NCBI RefSeq assembly: GCF_902459465.1
Contig: NC_047078.1
Span: forward strand, 12,772,001-12,836,000
Reading direction: 5' to 3'
DNA length: 64,000 nucleotides
Origin: Asterias rubens
Taxonomy: Eukaryota
Shown: positions 12,801 through 27,800 of the stretch, piece after piece
How the letters are laid out: each line of letters starts with the position of its first letter
Numbering within the stretch: the stretch's first letter is position 1
Translations under genes and position numbers: made by a program
Notes under the pieces: model-generated
Seen by the model: the letters and a program-made list of their open reading frames with translations, nothing else
What the model was told of the DNA's origin: nothing
Database searches by the model: none

Positions 12801-15800
12801 GCGGTTAAGAGCACCGATTTCAAACTCTGGTGTTTCTGATCGGCAGGGTGTGTGGGTTCGAATCCCCCAGCCGTGACACTTGTGTCCTTAAGCAAGACAC
12901 TTGACCATTGCTTCGTCCTTCGGATGGGACGTAAAGCCCTTGGTCCAATGTGTTGTGAACACATGTAAAAGAGCCCAGTGCACTTTTTGAAAAGAGAAGG
13001 GGATCGCCCCGGTGTTACTGGCTGTGGCTGCTGTACATGCGCCGTAGCACCTTGCAAACCCTTATAAGGTGCTACATAATTAGGTCTCAGAATTCATCAC
13101 TGCAATTACCTATCTTTCTGAAAAGTTTGTATACTCAGCGCCTTGAGTATCTTGTTTGGTAGATATGTGCGCTATATAAGACTTCGATAATATATAATAA
13201 AAAAGGGTTGTCAATCATTGTGACAAAGCAAAGTATTTCTACAGGTTGTTTCATAACTTGTTATAGCTTCTTCGCAAGCTTTTTTTACAAGCTTCAAGAG
13301 GACTATTAATGTTGTACAGTGTTACGTGTGCCTAATTCATTATAATGTCAAAAAGGAACTAAGGCACGACAGAGACAAATGGAGACAAGGAAAAGTGAAA
13401 CCTAAACAGCGATTATATTCACAAAGATAATTTATTTTATACTCAAACAACAAGATTTAAAGCAATAGAACAACTAATAATGTACATGGCAGATTTAATA
13501 CAATTCAAATAAAAGACCCTAAGATTATAGCTACCGGAAGTTACATGGTTTAAAACACCCAAATCACTGTCTTAAGTTTCTTCTTTCTTATGCATCGTGT
13601 ATAATGTTGGGTGTTGGAATTTACAGGGGCTGAGGGGTTTCAACAGCATTGCTTTATTTTTAAACCATCAAAAATACTAGCCTTTAAAAACATCCATGAA
13701 GTGCCATGGTTAAAATGAGACCGTTACTTCTACATCTTTGTGCACTAACTTTGAACTACAGAGCATTTGCTGGGAAAACCAATTAGGAGTTATATATTAT
13801 TAAGGGAATACAAGAGTAGGCGACGAGTTCTTTAACGGCCAATAAAACCATTTATACACTCCCCTGCCCCCATGTGATGCGCTCTCCACCAAAAGGAATA
13901 GCGAAACTGGGTATTTATGAATTATGAATAATTGTAACACTTGTTTGATTAAAAAGGAGATCAATTACCTTGTCCATATGAACCATTGAAAGGAAGCAGT
14001 TATAATAATAATAATAATATCAAGTTCTTATTTAGCGCATTTCACATTGCTGTCTCAATGTGCTTTACATTTCAATCAAACCGTTAACATTGACTGAAAC
14101 TAGTTCCTACTTATTTGGTAAACAACAGTGCAATAAAGGTAGAGTTTTGCCAAAGAGACTGGCTCAGCTTTTCACTCAAATAAAACAAATCAGAGTTCAC
14201 AAATTTTAATTAGTGCATGCTGATGGTCTCTCAGGTTTAATGAGAAGTTAACAATATTCGTTCACAATATTACCCATAGGCTTGATAACGGGATATTTCC
14301 ATATTGTTGTAATGTTATGAGTGTTTATAATGACAATTTTTTTGGTAATGATTTGCTTCAGTTTTATGTGGTTTTATTTGTTTCCCTTGTAGCTACATAC
14401 ACGTCCAATCAAGTGCAAACTTGTCCATATGTAACAAACCGCTACAAAACCAGCCCAATTCCATCCCTGGTTAATCTTTTCAACAATCAATAGCTCATTT
14501 ATGTGCTGTCCAATTGTTTTTGAACTGTTTTTCGTTGGGCAATGCTTTCCTGATCTGGTTAGGGTAGGGACTAGTGTGATTTAGTTTTTTGGGGGGTGCA
14601 ATTCTTGGTATTTTGCCCTTTTATTTTTGGGGTCTTGTGTCGTTTGTGTATTTTAATATTTTCAGCTTTTTATTGTTTTAACTACCTTTTTATTGTTTTA
14701 ACAACTAAATTGTGCCACAATTAGAGACCACAATTCAGTATTTTTACTGCTAGTGTCTTGTAATCAATATTGATTAAATAAATAAACCATTACTACTACT
14801 AATAATAATAATAATATCATCATAATAATATCATAATGCACAATACTAACTGCAGTTTCTTTTTCTTAATTGTAGAAACAATGTGAAGATGAGACAAAGG
14901 TTCTAGATAAGTGGAGCAGTAAGATTGAGGATGCAGTCCTTGACCTGGTTAATCTGTTTGTTGAGAAAGCTCATAAAGTGACTGGTTACCAACGACCTGG
15001 AGAGGGCGGCACACAGCGTCGGCCAGACTCAGAAGGTGAGATTCAAATCAGTTTGCTCACAGGTCTATGCTGTATCCCATTTATTGGTCGATGCTGTATC
15101 CCATTATTGTCATAGCCTGTTGTTTTTCCTTTGAGTTATTGATGGGGTGACTAATCGAACCCCTGTACTGAAGTCGCACGCAACTAAGTTTATGTTGATA
15201 TAGAAATGCCCTACCCAATCAAGGGAGTCAAATTGCATGTTCAGGATCAGCTGTAGGGTATTGTAACATGCTTTCTTCACCTAATTTGGCATAGAAAGCC
15301 TGGCTTTAGCTGGACTCTGTACTCTACTTGAATGCTGTAGGCTGGGCCTTATGCTGCTGGTTGTGCCTGGCAGTGGTTTTCCACTTGGTTTCTGATTCCA
15401 TTTCAATTGTTTTCTTTTTTCTTGGTTTTTCTCTGAGCGCTTTGCATCATTTGGAAAAGGCGCTTTATAAATGTTTATATTATTGTTTGTTTATACTTAT
15501 GTTAGCTTTAGGACTTACAGTGTGTTAATAAGGGAATCAATGTGTGGTGAAGAGGTTTTAAACTAGTGGTTTAAACCCGCCGAGGCCTGGTTCTTGATAA
15601 TTGTACCGAGACGAAGTCGAGGTAAATTATCAAGAACCAGGCCTCGGCGGGTTTAAACCACTAGTTTTAAACCAATTTAACACACATTGATTCCCATTCA
15701 TTACTACATTTTCAGTAAAAAAACATCAACACTTGTTCAATGATTTTTTTTCAACACATCACCCCTCTAGCTATGAAATGGTAAGGCCCTCGGGTAAACA

Positions 15801-18800
15801 ACTCCTTATAAGGAGATTGCTGGGCGCGTCGCGCGTATCACGTGATGTTCCAGCCGTTGCTCTCGACCAATAGGAATGAAGAAACTGTCTTATAAGCACA
15901 GGTGCAAGCTCGCGTGTCAAGCCCATGTTTAAACACTTTTTACTGGTGTTATATCATCCGTTTAAAAACCCCCACGTGATGCCCTCTCGACCAATCAGAA
16001 TGGATAAACTGTCCTAGGTATTTATGAATTATAACAAATCAAATGAATCATGATCATAACTCATGGTCACTTGACACTGCCTCATTTTGCTTTGCTTGAT
16101 ATGCACTTATTTTTGCATTTCTGTATATGTTACTGTGCACGCCATAGAGTATGAGCAGCAGAAGGAGAATGATGATGAACACAAAGAGTCTAAGTTCAGT
16201 CTAGCTAGTACTGAGAGCTTAGAGGAAGAAGTTCAACTACAAGAAGAATGTCATGAACTTATCATGCATTTCAGTCAACGCTTACTGGAATCATTACTCA
16301 AAGCTACCAGACAATCTCTGGATAACATCAAGCGTAGAGTCTTCTTCTCTACGTAAGTCTCCTACAAATCATTCAAAACATCTATTTCTCTTTCTTGTTT
16401 TCTCTCTTTTCCCTTTCTCACTTGTTTACTATGACAATGGAATCATAATGACATTAAAATAACATGAACGGCCTTAGTGTACGAACAGTTAGCAGCAGCT
16501 ATTTTTCAAGTCAGAAAACAACAAATGAGTAGGTTTGCAATGTTAGACTTTCATAAGTAACTCTGAAGTGTACGCTTATTGAGTGCAGTTTTTTGTTTGT
16601 GTTTTTGCACAGGCAATTAGGTACTTGCAACTTCCTTAAATCTAGTAAACTGTTTTTGTCTATAGGCCTAAAGGTTTATTTTCCAGTACGCGCTAATCCA
16701 CCAATCAGATGCTCAAACTGGGGGGTGGTATTAAAACATATATACTACTTCCTCTGTTTTTATTGCACAGTGTGTATTGTAAATATCAATGCGTCACGCT
16801 CCGTATACGGACAGTGCAAAAATTACATTCTAAACTTTGTGGGCATGCATTTTGGTCGTCGCAAAATAACGTTCTGAAATTTTAAACTTTGCGCGTTTCA
16901 CGTGAGACTGGAAGATAAATTCATTATAACACGCGCGCTCGTGAAATACGAAAAAATATAGCGCGGAGGTAGACTCAGTTATGGAAGTGGCTCCTTAGGA
17001 TTTATTGAACAAGTATTAGATTGATAAGATTGATCTGATTGTGATTTACTTTTAGTCCTATTGGTGGAGGTAGACTCAGTTATGGAAGTGGCTCCTTGGG
17101 ATTTATTGAACAAGTATTAGATTGATAAGATTGATCTGATTGTGATTTACTTTTAGTCCTATTGGTGGAGGTAGACTCAGTTATGGAAGTGGCTCCTTGG
17201 GATTTATTGAACAAGTATTAGATTGATAAGATTGATCTGATTGTGATTTACTTTTAGTCCTATTGGTGGAGGTAAACTCAGTTATGGAAGTGGCTCCTTG
17301 GGATTTATTGAACAAGTATTAGATTGATAAGATTGATCTGATTGTGATTTACTTTTAGTCCTATTGGTGGAGGTAGACTCAGTTATGGAAGTGGCTCCTT
17401 GGGATTTATTGAACAAGTATTAGATTGATAAGATTGATCTGATTGTGATTTACTTTTAGTCCTATTGGTGGAGGTAGACTCAGTTATGGAAGTGGCTCCC
17501 ATCGTGCAGGAAAAAGACCACCATTCTTTCAAGTCGATGTTGCTCTTGAAATTCCTAATGTGGTATGTATAGTAAAATCTTGCAAGGAACATTGATATTA
17601 ACAATTCTACTGGTATTCATGCATGAAGTTCAATTGTAAGATCTATGTTCAGTTTGTAACATTAGGTTTCTTTCTGCATTTTTGTATGCACTTCCACCGG
17701 GCACTTAATGGAGATTTGTTATTGCTACATAGCACAACCTATGTAAAATATTTAACACGTTTAAAAGAGATTTAAAAAGTTTTTTTGTTGATTCAGTGCA
17801 ACTTTGTGTACTACATATTAATTTACTATCATAATATGGAAAAAGTCTTACTGAGTTTTGATTTGCAACTTTTTATTAAGCAAAATACTGCAAATTGAAT
17901 TGCATGTTTGTCAGCGTGTTTTTATGAATATCATATTATTTCATGCTGTAGTTTATATTACATACAGAAAGTTTTTTGTTTGCCTTTGTGTCTTGTAGGT
18001 AATCAAGCCTAGTTTAGATGACATACAACAAGCATTGAATAAAGCTACTGGATGTGTTTTAGAAGTGAGTCGTGGTGTAGCCCAATGGGGTCAGAACCGT
18101 TTCCAGGTTGTAGAGTCTAGTCAAGGAGGTCATTTCCAACCATCACATATTGATGTATGCAAAGGAAAATATGCTGGTTCAGGTAATAAACAGTTAGCTG
18201 AGACCTCTTCCACTTAAAGACACAGGACATTATTGGTAATTGTCAAAGACCAGTATTTTCACTTGGTGTATCTCAACATATGCGTAAAATAACAAAACTG
18301 TGAAAATTTGAGCTCAATTTGTCGTCAAAGTTTCGAGATAACTATGCAAGAAAAAAAACCTTGTCACACAAAGTTGTGTGCTTTCAGATGCTTGATTTCC
18401 TTGAAATCAAATTCATGGAAATTTACTTCTTTCTTGTAAACTACCTTACTTCAGAGGGAGCCGTTTCTCACAATGTTTTATACTATCAACCTTTCCCCAT
18501 TACTCGTTACCACGTAAGGTTTTATGCTAATATTTATTTTGAGTTATTGCCAATAGTGTCCACTACCTTTAAACATTAATTTAATAAAACAGTCTCACTG
18601 ATAAAAGTTCTAATAATAAGGCATATTTGTAATTGACATCAGTTTGTTTGTTTTTTACCTCTTGGACACGTTGGGTTTTAGAAGAGAAAAAGGTACAGGT
18701 CTTAAGATTCTCATGTTTCTGTTTTTCTTTCTTTATTTCTTTTCTTGATATAACAGTGGTTAAGATAGAGCAAGTACCGCCACAACAACTTAAGAATTAC

Positions 18801-21800
18801 TTCAAAAGTATTGCTGAACACAAGGACATCTTGAAACTACAAATGATGTTAAGCAATGCCATCAGCCACACCAGGCCAAAGATTCATGAGGCACTTAAGA
18901 TGTTTTCACATTTCCAGTATCTGTGGGAGGAAGACAGAAGTGAAGTTGTCAAGGTGAACTATTAGACCCGAACTCAATGTTTATTGTGTGAAGGCTACAA
19001 TCATTATAATGATACTATTCACTATTCCCGTCTTAAGTTTGATAATGTCTTAAAGGCACAATACACGTTTGGTTATTACTTAACTCAAAAACTACGTTAC
19101 ATCAGAGGAGTCGTTTTTCACAATGTTTTATACTATCAACGTTTCTCCGTTGCTTGTTACAAAACCTTACTTGGTAACGAGCAGCGGAGAGCTATTGATA
19201 GTCTAAAACATTGTGAGAAACGACTCCCTCTGAAGTAACGTAGTTTTTTAGAAAGAGGTAATTTCTCACTAAAATAATAAAAGACTTCTGGTCAAAAGTC
19301 TTTTATCACTATCTGAAAGCACACTAAGTATTCTAAGTTTCTAAGTATCAAACCATTGCTGGTTAGTCCCTGTGTGCCTTAGTTAAATTGTGGTATTATA
19401 AGTAACTGCTGATATACTATTTACCATGAACTATTTTATGATTGCTTGGATTGAGTGGTAAGATTCTTGATATGTAATTGCAGGCATTTATTGAGACACA
19501 TCCCATTCTGTCTGAATGGAAGGCAGAAATCCTTCGTTATCAAAGTCTAGAGAGACAGATCGAAGAGTTAGAGCCATCCCTGCAGGTTGATGCCATTCAA
19601 CTCTTCACTGGTGAGTGAACTTTCAATCACTCTAAAAATCGAAGAAACAGCACAAACAATGTGTGAGGAATTTGACTACATCATTTTAGTTAAGGAGACT
19701 GAACGAGAAAGTGTACATTTGTGCTTCATGCTATCTTTCAGTTAGGAAAGACAGTGTTGAACTATTTACTTTAGTTTGTACTGAATCTACACTCAACTTT
19801 AGATTCGGTTATGTATGTACACTCAAGTTACGAATCTACAGTTAAGTGTAGATTCGTTAAAATTATCTACACTTTCAACAATAGAGTGACGTCACAGAAA
19901 TAGTTTAAACGAAATTAATGTTGGAATTTTTTCAAAGATGAGTCTGTTATTTTTCTCTCTTATTTATAAATTGAAGCCTCAGTGACACTCTTATTGGAAA
20001 ATGTTTATAGTGTTTTCTTTTTCATGTAATGTTGGGTTTGTTTAATTGAATTCATTTCCAGCCGACTAGGCTAGGCACATCTGAAGTGTTGTTCACGATT
20101 TATGTATCACTATTTTTTTTTTTAGATCCAATTAAATTGGCCTTGACAATTGAGGCCCAGGCTTGGAAGATGCTACTTGGTAAGAGTCTAAACCAAGAAT
20201 ATCGCAAGAAGATGGATGGTGTGTCAGACTTTGTAGCTGAGTATACCAAACGCTTAGCTCGACCAATCAAAGACCTTGATGATGTCAGGAATGCAATGGG
20301 TGCTTTAGAGGACCTCAGGCAAAATGAGATACGTATTGATATGATACTTGGTCCAATAGAGGTAAGATTATTCAATAGATTTTTCAATTATTCAAAGAAC
20401 ATTCTAAAAAAAAAAAAAAATCTTTTTGACATCTACAAAGTTAGTGAAGGTATTGGAAATTAATTAAATTATCACCTTTTTGTAATATGCATTTGGTTTT
20501 TACCCATATACACCGATGTGTGTTATTCTTTCTCCTTGATGCAAATTTGACATCTATTCAACCTTTTTTGTATTTAAAAAAATATATATGTGGTAATACT
20601 TACAGAGGTAGTTTAACCTTGTTTGTTTTGTATGGTTTAATATATTAGGAAGCATACAACATGCTACAGAAGTTCCAAGTGAATGTTGCCAAAGAAGAAG
20701 CAGATAGAGTAGACACACTGCGATATTCCTACCAGAAACTCACTCGTCAAGCTGTAAGTCTGTTTCAATTACATTGACAGTATGCCAAGCAAGGCCAAAA
20801 GTATTCATTACTCTACTGTATTACAAAATCAAGAATCAAAGCACCCAGCAGTAGTACAGTTAATTACGATCCTATAAGCTAAAGTAGTAGTCCCAGCCTA
20901 TTTCTATACCATCCGCCTAGGTAATAGATAAGCAGGACAGTTCTTTTCAGAACTGAGAAGTCTCCCAAACACCCGAACAATCTACTCCGTGGTAGTAGAA
21001 TAATGCAAGACAAACACTTCCTGGCAAGTAGATACACACATGGTGTTACCGCAAACCAAATATACATTGATACCTCACCATGCAATGCCTTAAATCCTAC
21101 AAAGCACCCAGCCTATGATTTTGTTCATCCTTGCCCACATTCGTTATATCTTATCAAGATCTGTATCTGAAGATCTGTATTCATACTACTGACATAACAC
21201 AGGAAGCATTAACATAACAAGCTCTTTAACTCTTTGAATTATTTCATCATGGATAAAGAACAATGATTTGTATGACAACTCACTATTTTCTAAGGATTCA
21301 AACCAAAGATCTTTAGAGCAGATGTCACGTCTTGATTTCATTCTATGATCATTTTAATATATGATTGCATTGTTTGTATATAATGACAGGACAAGACTCA
21401 GACCACTTTGGTGAAGATTCAACCCAAGTTTAAAGCGGACCTGTTGGAGTCTGTGGAAGTCTTTGCTCATACTTCACAAGCCTACTTTGATGACTATGAT
21501 ACCGTATGTACTCACAGTATGAAAATATGAAAAGTTTAGATTAGGAAGCTAGCAAACTTCATTGTCAAAGGGAAGGTACACCTTTGGTAATTGTCAAAGG
21601 GAAGGTACACCTTTGGTAATTGTCAAAGACCAGTCTTCTCACTTGGTGTATCCCATCATATGCATAAAAAAAACAAGCCTGTGAAAATTTGGGCTCAATC
21701 GGTCATCGAAGTTGCGAGAAAATGATGAAAGAAAAAACACTCTTGTTGGACAAATTGGTGTGCTTTCAGATAGGAATAAAAGACTTCTAGCTAGAAGTCT

Positions 21801-24800
21801 TTTATTATTTTAGTGAGAAATTCCCTCTTTCTCAAAAACTATATTACTTCAGAGGGAGTCGCTTCCCACAATGTTTTATACTATCAACAGCTCTTCAATG
21901 CTTGTTACCTAGTCAGTATTTAAGTTAATATTTGTTTTGAGTAATTACCAAACGTGCACCTTCCCTTTAAACCCTGCCTTATAATACACCTTGAATAACA
22001 GTATTGTACAGAACTACAGCACATATTCTTGCTTGGCTTCCAGAGCAAGACACTTTTCAGTAGGATTTGAAACTCCTTATAGTGAACTTGAAGTTTGTGG
22101 GTTACGATGGTATCAGAGATATAACGTTTTGAGTTACGTTGGTTTTGCAGGTAACCAACAGTTATGTGTCATTTTCAAAGACATATTGCACTAATAAGTT
22201 CCTAAATTTTGATTTGAATAAATCCAGGTTTGCGACAGAACTTCATTTTTTTCCCCGCAAACCTATTTAGACAACATTTTAAACAATCTGTGATGTTTAC
22301 CACAATCAGCAGACCTGTTGGGTAATCAAATTGACTTTGCTATCATAAGTCAATGCTATAATGTTTTATTACAGGATCCTCATAGCGTCTTATTTGGAGA
22401 CTTCTATTCCCCTGAATAACTGATAAAAGTAAAACGATTTATAAATGCATGTATATTGCAGTTCCTTGATGATCACTTGATGTATTTTTATTTTATTAGG
22501 GTGGACCAATGGTTGATGGAATTTCACCACAAGAAGCAAGTGATAGACTCCAAGTTTACCAGGTATTTATCAACATTTTACAATCATATTAATAGTAATA
22601 TGCCATAAGTCCTTTTGAAAGCCTGGGGTTTATTAATAGTCATACATTATAAATGTTCTTGTGTAAAAATGAATGCTGTCATGAACGATATAACTTGACT
22701 TATTTTATTTAAAAAATGGCGTACTGTTGCAGAGAAGCAGTGTTTAAATGGACTTTAAACAAATCAGTCAACAGATGTTCTGAAGTTTTATTGGAGGTGT
22801 TGTTGCATACAGAGCTTGCAGAAGTTGGTTAATTGGTGTCTTTAAAAATGGACACACATATCTACTAAATGTTACTTTAATTCACTGGTTTTTTTTTTTT
22901 TTTTTTTTTTTTTTGTATTGGAGTACATTGTAATTTAAATAGATCGATCCATTAGCTCCGCCGAACATGTGAGCCCCTCCAATTGCCGTTCTGCACAACT
23001 CTTCCAACCCTTTTGGCACAACACTTTGTCTGCACAACAACTTTGTTGTTGCATACAAAGCTTGCAGAAGTTAGTTAATTGTGTCTTTAGAAATGGACAC
23101 ACAAAATGGAACTGTAATTCACTGTTTATGTTTTTTGTTTGTTTTTTGTATTAAATAGACCGATCCATTAGGCTCAGTCAAACATGTGAGCCCCTCCGAT
23201 GCCTTTCTTCCCCATTCCACTGCTCGCGCCAAGCATACGCGCATGCATGTCTGACTTTATTTTGTCAGACTTTTTGTGGCGCAATGGGTTGTGATTGGTC
23301 AATATACGCAATGGGGCAGAGCTTAATTTCCCTGTTGAAGAAACTCCATGACAGTAAGATATATGTTTGTTCTACAGACTCGGTTTGATGAGTTATGGCG
23401 TAAGTACACTACTTACTCAGCTGGAGAGCAGCTATTTGGGTTGTCTGTAACTGACTATCCAACTCTAGCAAAGACTAAGAAGGAACTGAATCTACTACAG
23501 AAGCTGTATGGTCTTTATAACTCAGTCATTGATGGAGTCAATGGTTACTATGATATCCTATGGACTGATGTGGATATTGAGAAGATCAACAATGAACTTC
23601 TGGACTTCCAAAACAGGTAGCTGCAAATTTGCAAATTAGAATATTAACAATAGTTAAGTTTCAAAAGTAGTCGCCTTTAATGGAAAAACAAACTTTTGTT
23701 CTGGAATTTTTTAGTGAAAATGATGATGTGTTATCACTTATTTCCATTTCAAACATTATTGTGAGGTGCGTTTAACTTCCTTTAGGTTGCTGTAGTGTAA
23801 ATCTATTTTAATTTATCCCCTGATTATTATCAAACTGATCATAGTATTAATTTCTTTTATGACTGTGTTTTGGATTCAATGAGTGTGTACTCATAATTAG
23901 CATATTCTGGGTTGAATTTTTCTACCTTTGTGTTGGCCTTGTTATTATTAGTTGTTAGTTTGATCATTGTGAAGTACTTGATGTGGCTTTTGTTATTGAA
24001 GCTGAGATATGAGGGTGTATGTTGCAGAGCAGATTTTGTCAAATAACACTCATCATTAAAGTTGAGTTAAGTGTAATTGAAGTTAATACAATAGCTCACA
24101 TATAAAGTAGATCAACACAGTTCAATGAAATTTTCATTGACCTGACAAAAACTTAACAATTGATTGTTCTACACTAAGCTAATGTGAATTTTGATTTTAA
24201 TTGAATATGTAGCAACAATTTAATAGGATGTAGGTGTACAAATAAGGTTAATTATCAAGAACCAGGCCTCGGCAGGTTTAAATCAATAGTTGAAAACCGA
24301 TTCAACACACTTTGATTCGCATTCATAAATACCTTTTCGGTAAAAAATATCATCACTTCTTGGTCAAAAAGTAAAATAAATGCAAAAATTATAATTGTTA
24401 AATGATTTCTTCAACACAACGCCCCTCCAGCTATGAAATGGTAGAGCCCTCCGCTGCCCTCGCGTAAACAACTCCTTATAAGAGAATGCTGTGGGCGTCG
24501 TCTGTATCGCGTGATGTGGCACAACTGTTTCAGCCGTTGCTCTCGACCAATAGGAATGAAGAAACTGTCTTATAAGAACAGGTGCAAGGTCGCGTGTCAC
24601 ACTCATGAATTAACACTTTTTACCGGTCAATAACAAAAGGTTTATGCACACTCACGGGACGCGCTCTCCACCAATAGGAGTATAGAAACTGTCTGGGGTA
24701 TTTATGAATTAATTGATTTAAACTTTTTGCTGATGAAATGAAATGTATTTAAGTGGGTAGGAACATAAACTGAATTGCAGTAACTTGTATTTGACTTTGT

Positions 24801-27800
24801 TTAATGCAGATGTCGTAAATTGCCAAAAGGGTTAAAGGAATGGCCAGCCTTCCTTGATCTAAAGCAGAAGATTGATGACTTCAATGAGACTTGTCCTCTT
24901 CTAGAACTCATGGCTAATAAAGCTATGAAAGAGCGGCATTGGGAACGAATAGCTACTGTAACTGGTCATGAGTTTGATATTGAATCGGATACGTTCAGCT
25001 TACGTAATATCATGGAGGCTCCTCTACTACCGCATAAAGAAGACATAGAGGTAAGCAATCACTGTGCAAGCAATAACTCTCTTAAAAAACTGCTGACTTT
25101 ACAAAATAAAGAGTCCTTATAAACTATGAATATCATATTAGGGCAAAATTTCATGGCGCCTGCTTATCGACGAATTCTGCGCTTAAGATCACCATTCTCC
25201 GCTTACGTGCAAGCGCCAAATTTCTGCGCTAGCGGTGTAAGCGTAGAATGTCTATAGTAACATGGAGTATGCACGCACACAAGTCAAAATTCGTCGCTAA
25301 CCCATGAAATACTCTTGCCGTAAGCACAGAATTCCCTGCTTCCATTAGCACTGTTTCTCTGCTTTCAGTAAGCAGAGCCATGAAATTGGACCCTGGTGAG
25401 ATTACAAGCTGTGAGGAATATTGTTGGATAATAATTATGGGGTGCTGGCTAATTACATTACACAAATGGCTCATCTTCAACTTCCATATTTTGTTGTGTG
25501 CAAAATGTAATTGTATGTAAAATAAAAATTTTGTTATTTGCTTAGCAGCTTTGTACAAATCCTACAGTACTTGCCCTAAAGTGTGAAGCCAGCCAACAAT
25601 TATTTAATAAGTTCAATTTAAAATTGAAGAGCTTTTGTAAAGAACATTTTAATTTGTGTAACTTGCGTAGGACATCTGTATCTCGGCTGTGAAAGAGAAG
25701 GACATTGAGGCTAAGCTGGCTCAGGTTGTGATTGAATGGAACTCTCAGCAGCTATTCTTTGTTAACTTCAAGACGCGTGGAGAACTCTTACTAAAAGGTG
25801 CTGAGACAATGGAAACAGTTGCCCTAATGGAGGACAGTCTTATGGTGCTTGGATCTCTACTCAGTAACAGGTATGTTCAGTTTGGAACCTACTACAGGAA
25901 CTGGGTTCATATTAAATTATACTGAATCATAACAGTGAACATAAATGATTACATGTCACCAAACCCATTTTGCATTTACCAAACCCATTTTGCATTTATG
26001 CAAAACGTGTTTGGTGACATTAGTAACCATACTTGGTCTGTCTGCAGGATTGAAGGCTTTGCATTGTGAAGTTCGTCGTCGTCGTCCTATGAGTCATGGC
26101 TGACCCTTTGTGACCCTGTTTATGATGTAGTTCCACTTCTGTCTATCCAGTGCAGATCGATAAGCAACGTTTATTGATAAGCCTGTGAGTTCTTTGATTA
26201 CGTCTGTCATACGAAGTTTTTGACGGCCGCGTCGGCGACTACCTGCAACACATCCTTGCATAAAGATCTTCTCAAGGTTGTCCCCCTCTCTTCTGGATAT
26301 GTGACCAAAGTACTGAAGCTTGTTTTTGTTAATTTTTGAGGACAAGGTGGGTCTATCTTCTCCTATCAGGTTTCTAACAAAAACATTGGTTTTGTGTTCT
26401 TGCCATGATATTCTCAGCATTCTCCTCCAGCACCACATCTCAAAAGCGTTGATCCTGTTCCTGTCTGCTTTTCCCACAGCCCATGTTTCAGACCCATAGG
26501 TGGCTATTGGGAAGACGAGAGCATTCATGAGTCAAATTTTGGTAGTTCTGGAGATCCCTCTGTCCTTCCAGATGTCAGTCAAGGAAATAGCTGATGTTCT
26601 TGCCATAGCAAGGCGCCTTCTGATGTCCTTAGAACTCCCACCTTCGTTGAACAATGGCTGGTGGAACTCCTGATATTTTTATAACAGATTTCGCAGATTT
26701 CCAATGTGATTGCATGTTCCTCTCCCTCTCCGAAATCCAGCTTGCTCTGGTGGCAACTCGCTCTCCAGTTTGTGTCTGATTCTCTCAGCGATTATGTGAA
26801 GCATCACCTTACTAGCATGTGAAATCAGTGAGATTGTGCGGTTGTTGGCACACTCCCTCGTATCCCCTTTTTGGGTAATGGAAGAAAAACTGCCTTTTTC
26901 CAGTCCTCTGGCCATTCTTTTTATCTTCCATATCTTGCAGCACAGTCTGTGAATAACTTCAACTCCTTCTGTACCACTTTCTTTCAGTAGTTCTGCCTGG
27001 ATGTTATCAAATCCTGGTGACTTGCCACTCCTCATTCTCTTAATAGCTTGTTCAACTTCACTAAGGAGAATATCTGGATCTTCTTCATATTCAAGCTGGT
27101 GATCATTTTCTTGGTCAATCACTTCTTCTTGGGAAGCATAAAGCCTTTCACAATACTGCTGCTATCTGTCTTTGATGTCTTTCTCTTCAGTTAGAATGGT
27201 GCCATCCCCATCTTTCAGGACATTAAGCCGGGTAGTTGGTTTGCTTGTCAGCAACTTGACGTTTTTGAACATATCCTTTGTGTTATTTATCACTCCATCC
27301 CTTTCGATCTCGGCACACTTCTGGTTCATGAAATCAGATTTATCCTTTCTGATTTGTTGCTGGATTTGCCTGTTTAGATCCCGGTACTCTCTTCTTGCAT
27401 TCTCCTTTTCCAGTCCCTTTCCTTTAACCTCTCTCCTTTCGTCAGCTAGCTTGAACACCTTCTCTGTAAGCCAGGGCTTCTTTCTGCTCTTACGCTTTGG
27501 AACAGTTTCCTCAGCCGCCTCCAAGACTACCTTCTTGATCTCTTGCCACAATTCCTCTGGACTGGTCTCCTAATGGTCATGTTCCAGTAGGCATTGGAAT
27601 TGATTCTTGACCTTCACTCTATAATTATCACTGATCTTACTGATGTCGTACCAAACAGGCTTCTTTTGACGTTTTATTTTTCGCAGTCTCATCTTCCTAG
27701 TGGCAAACAGGAGCTGATGATCTGAGTCACAGTCTGCCCCTGGGTATGTTTTGCAGGCCTGTGAAATCTCCGCTTTAAAGCGGATTTCCGCTCTTTTTAA

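Noticed and set aside
16965-17499. Acceptor arrays as pure assembly artefacts
   Set aside because: Units carry distinct substitutions and indels (notably at 59349-59972), which argues against simple read stutter; not fully excluded without raw reads.
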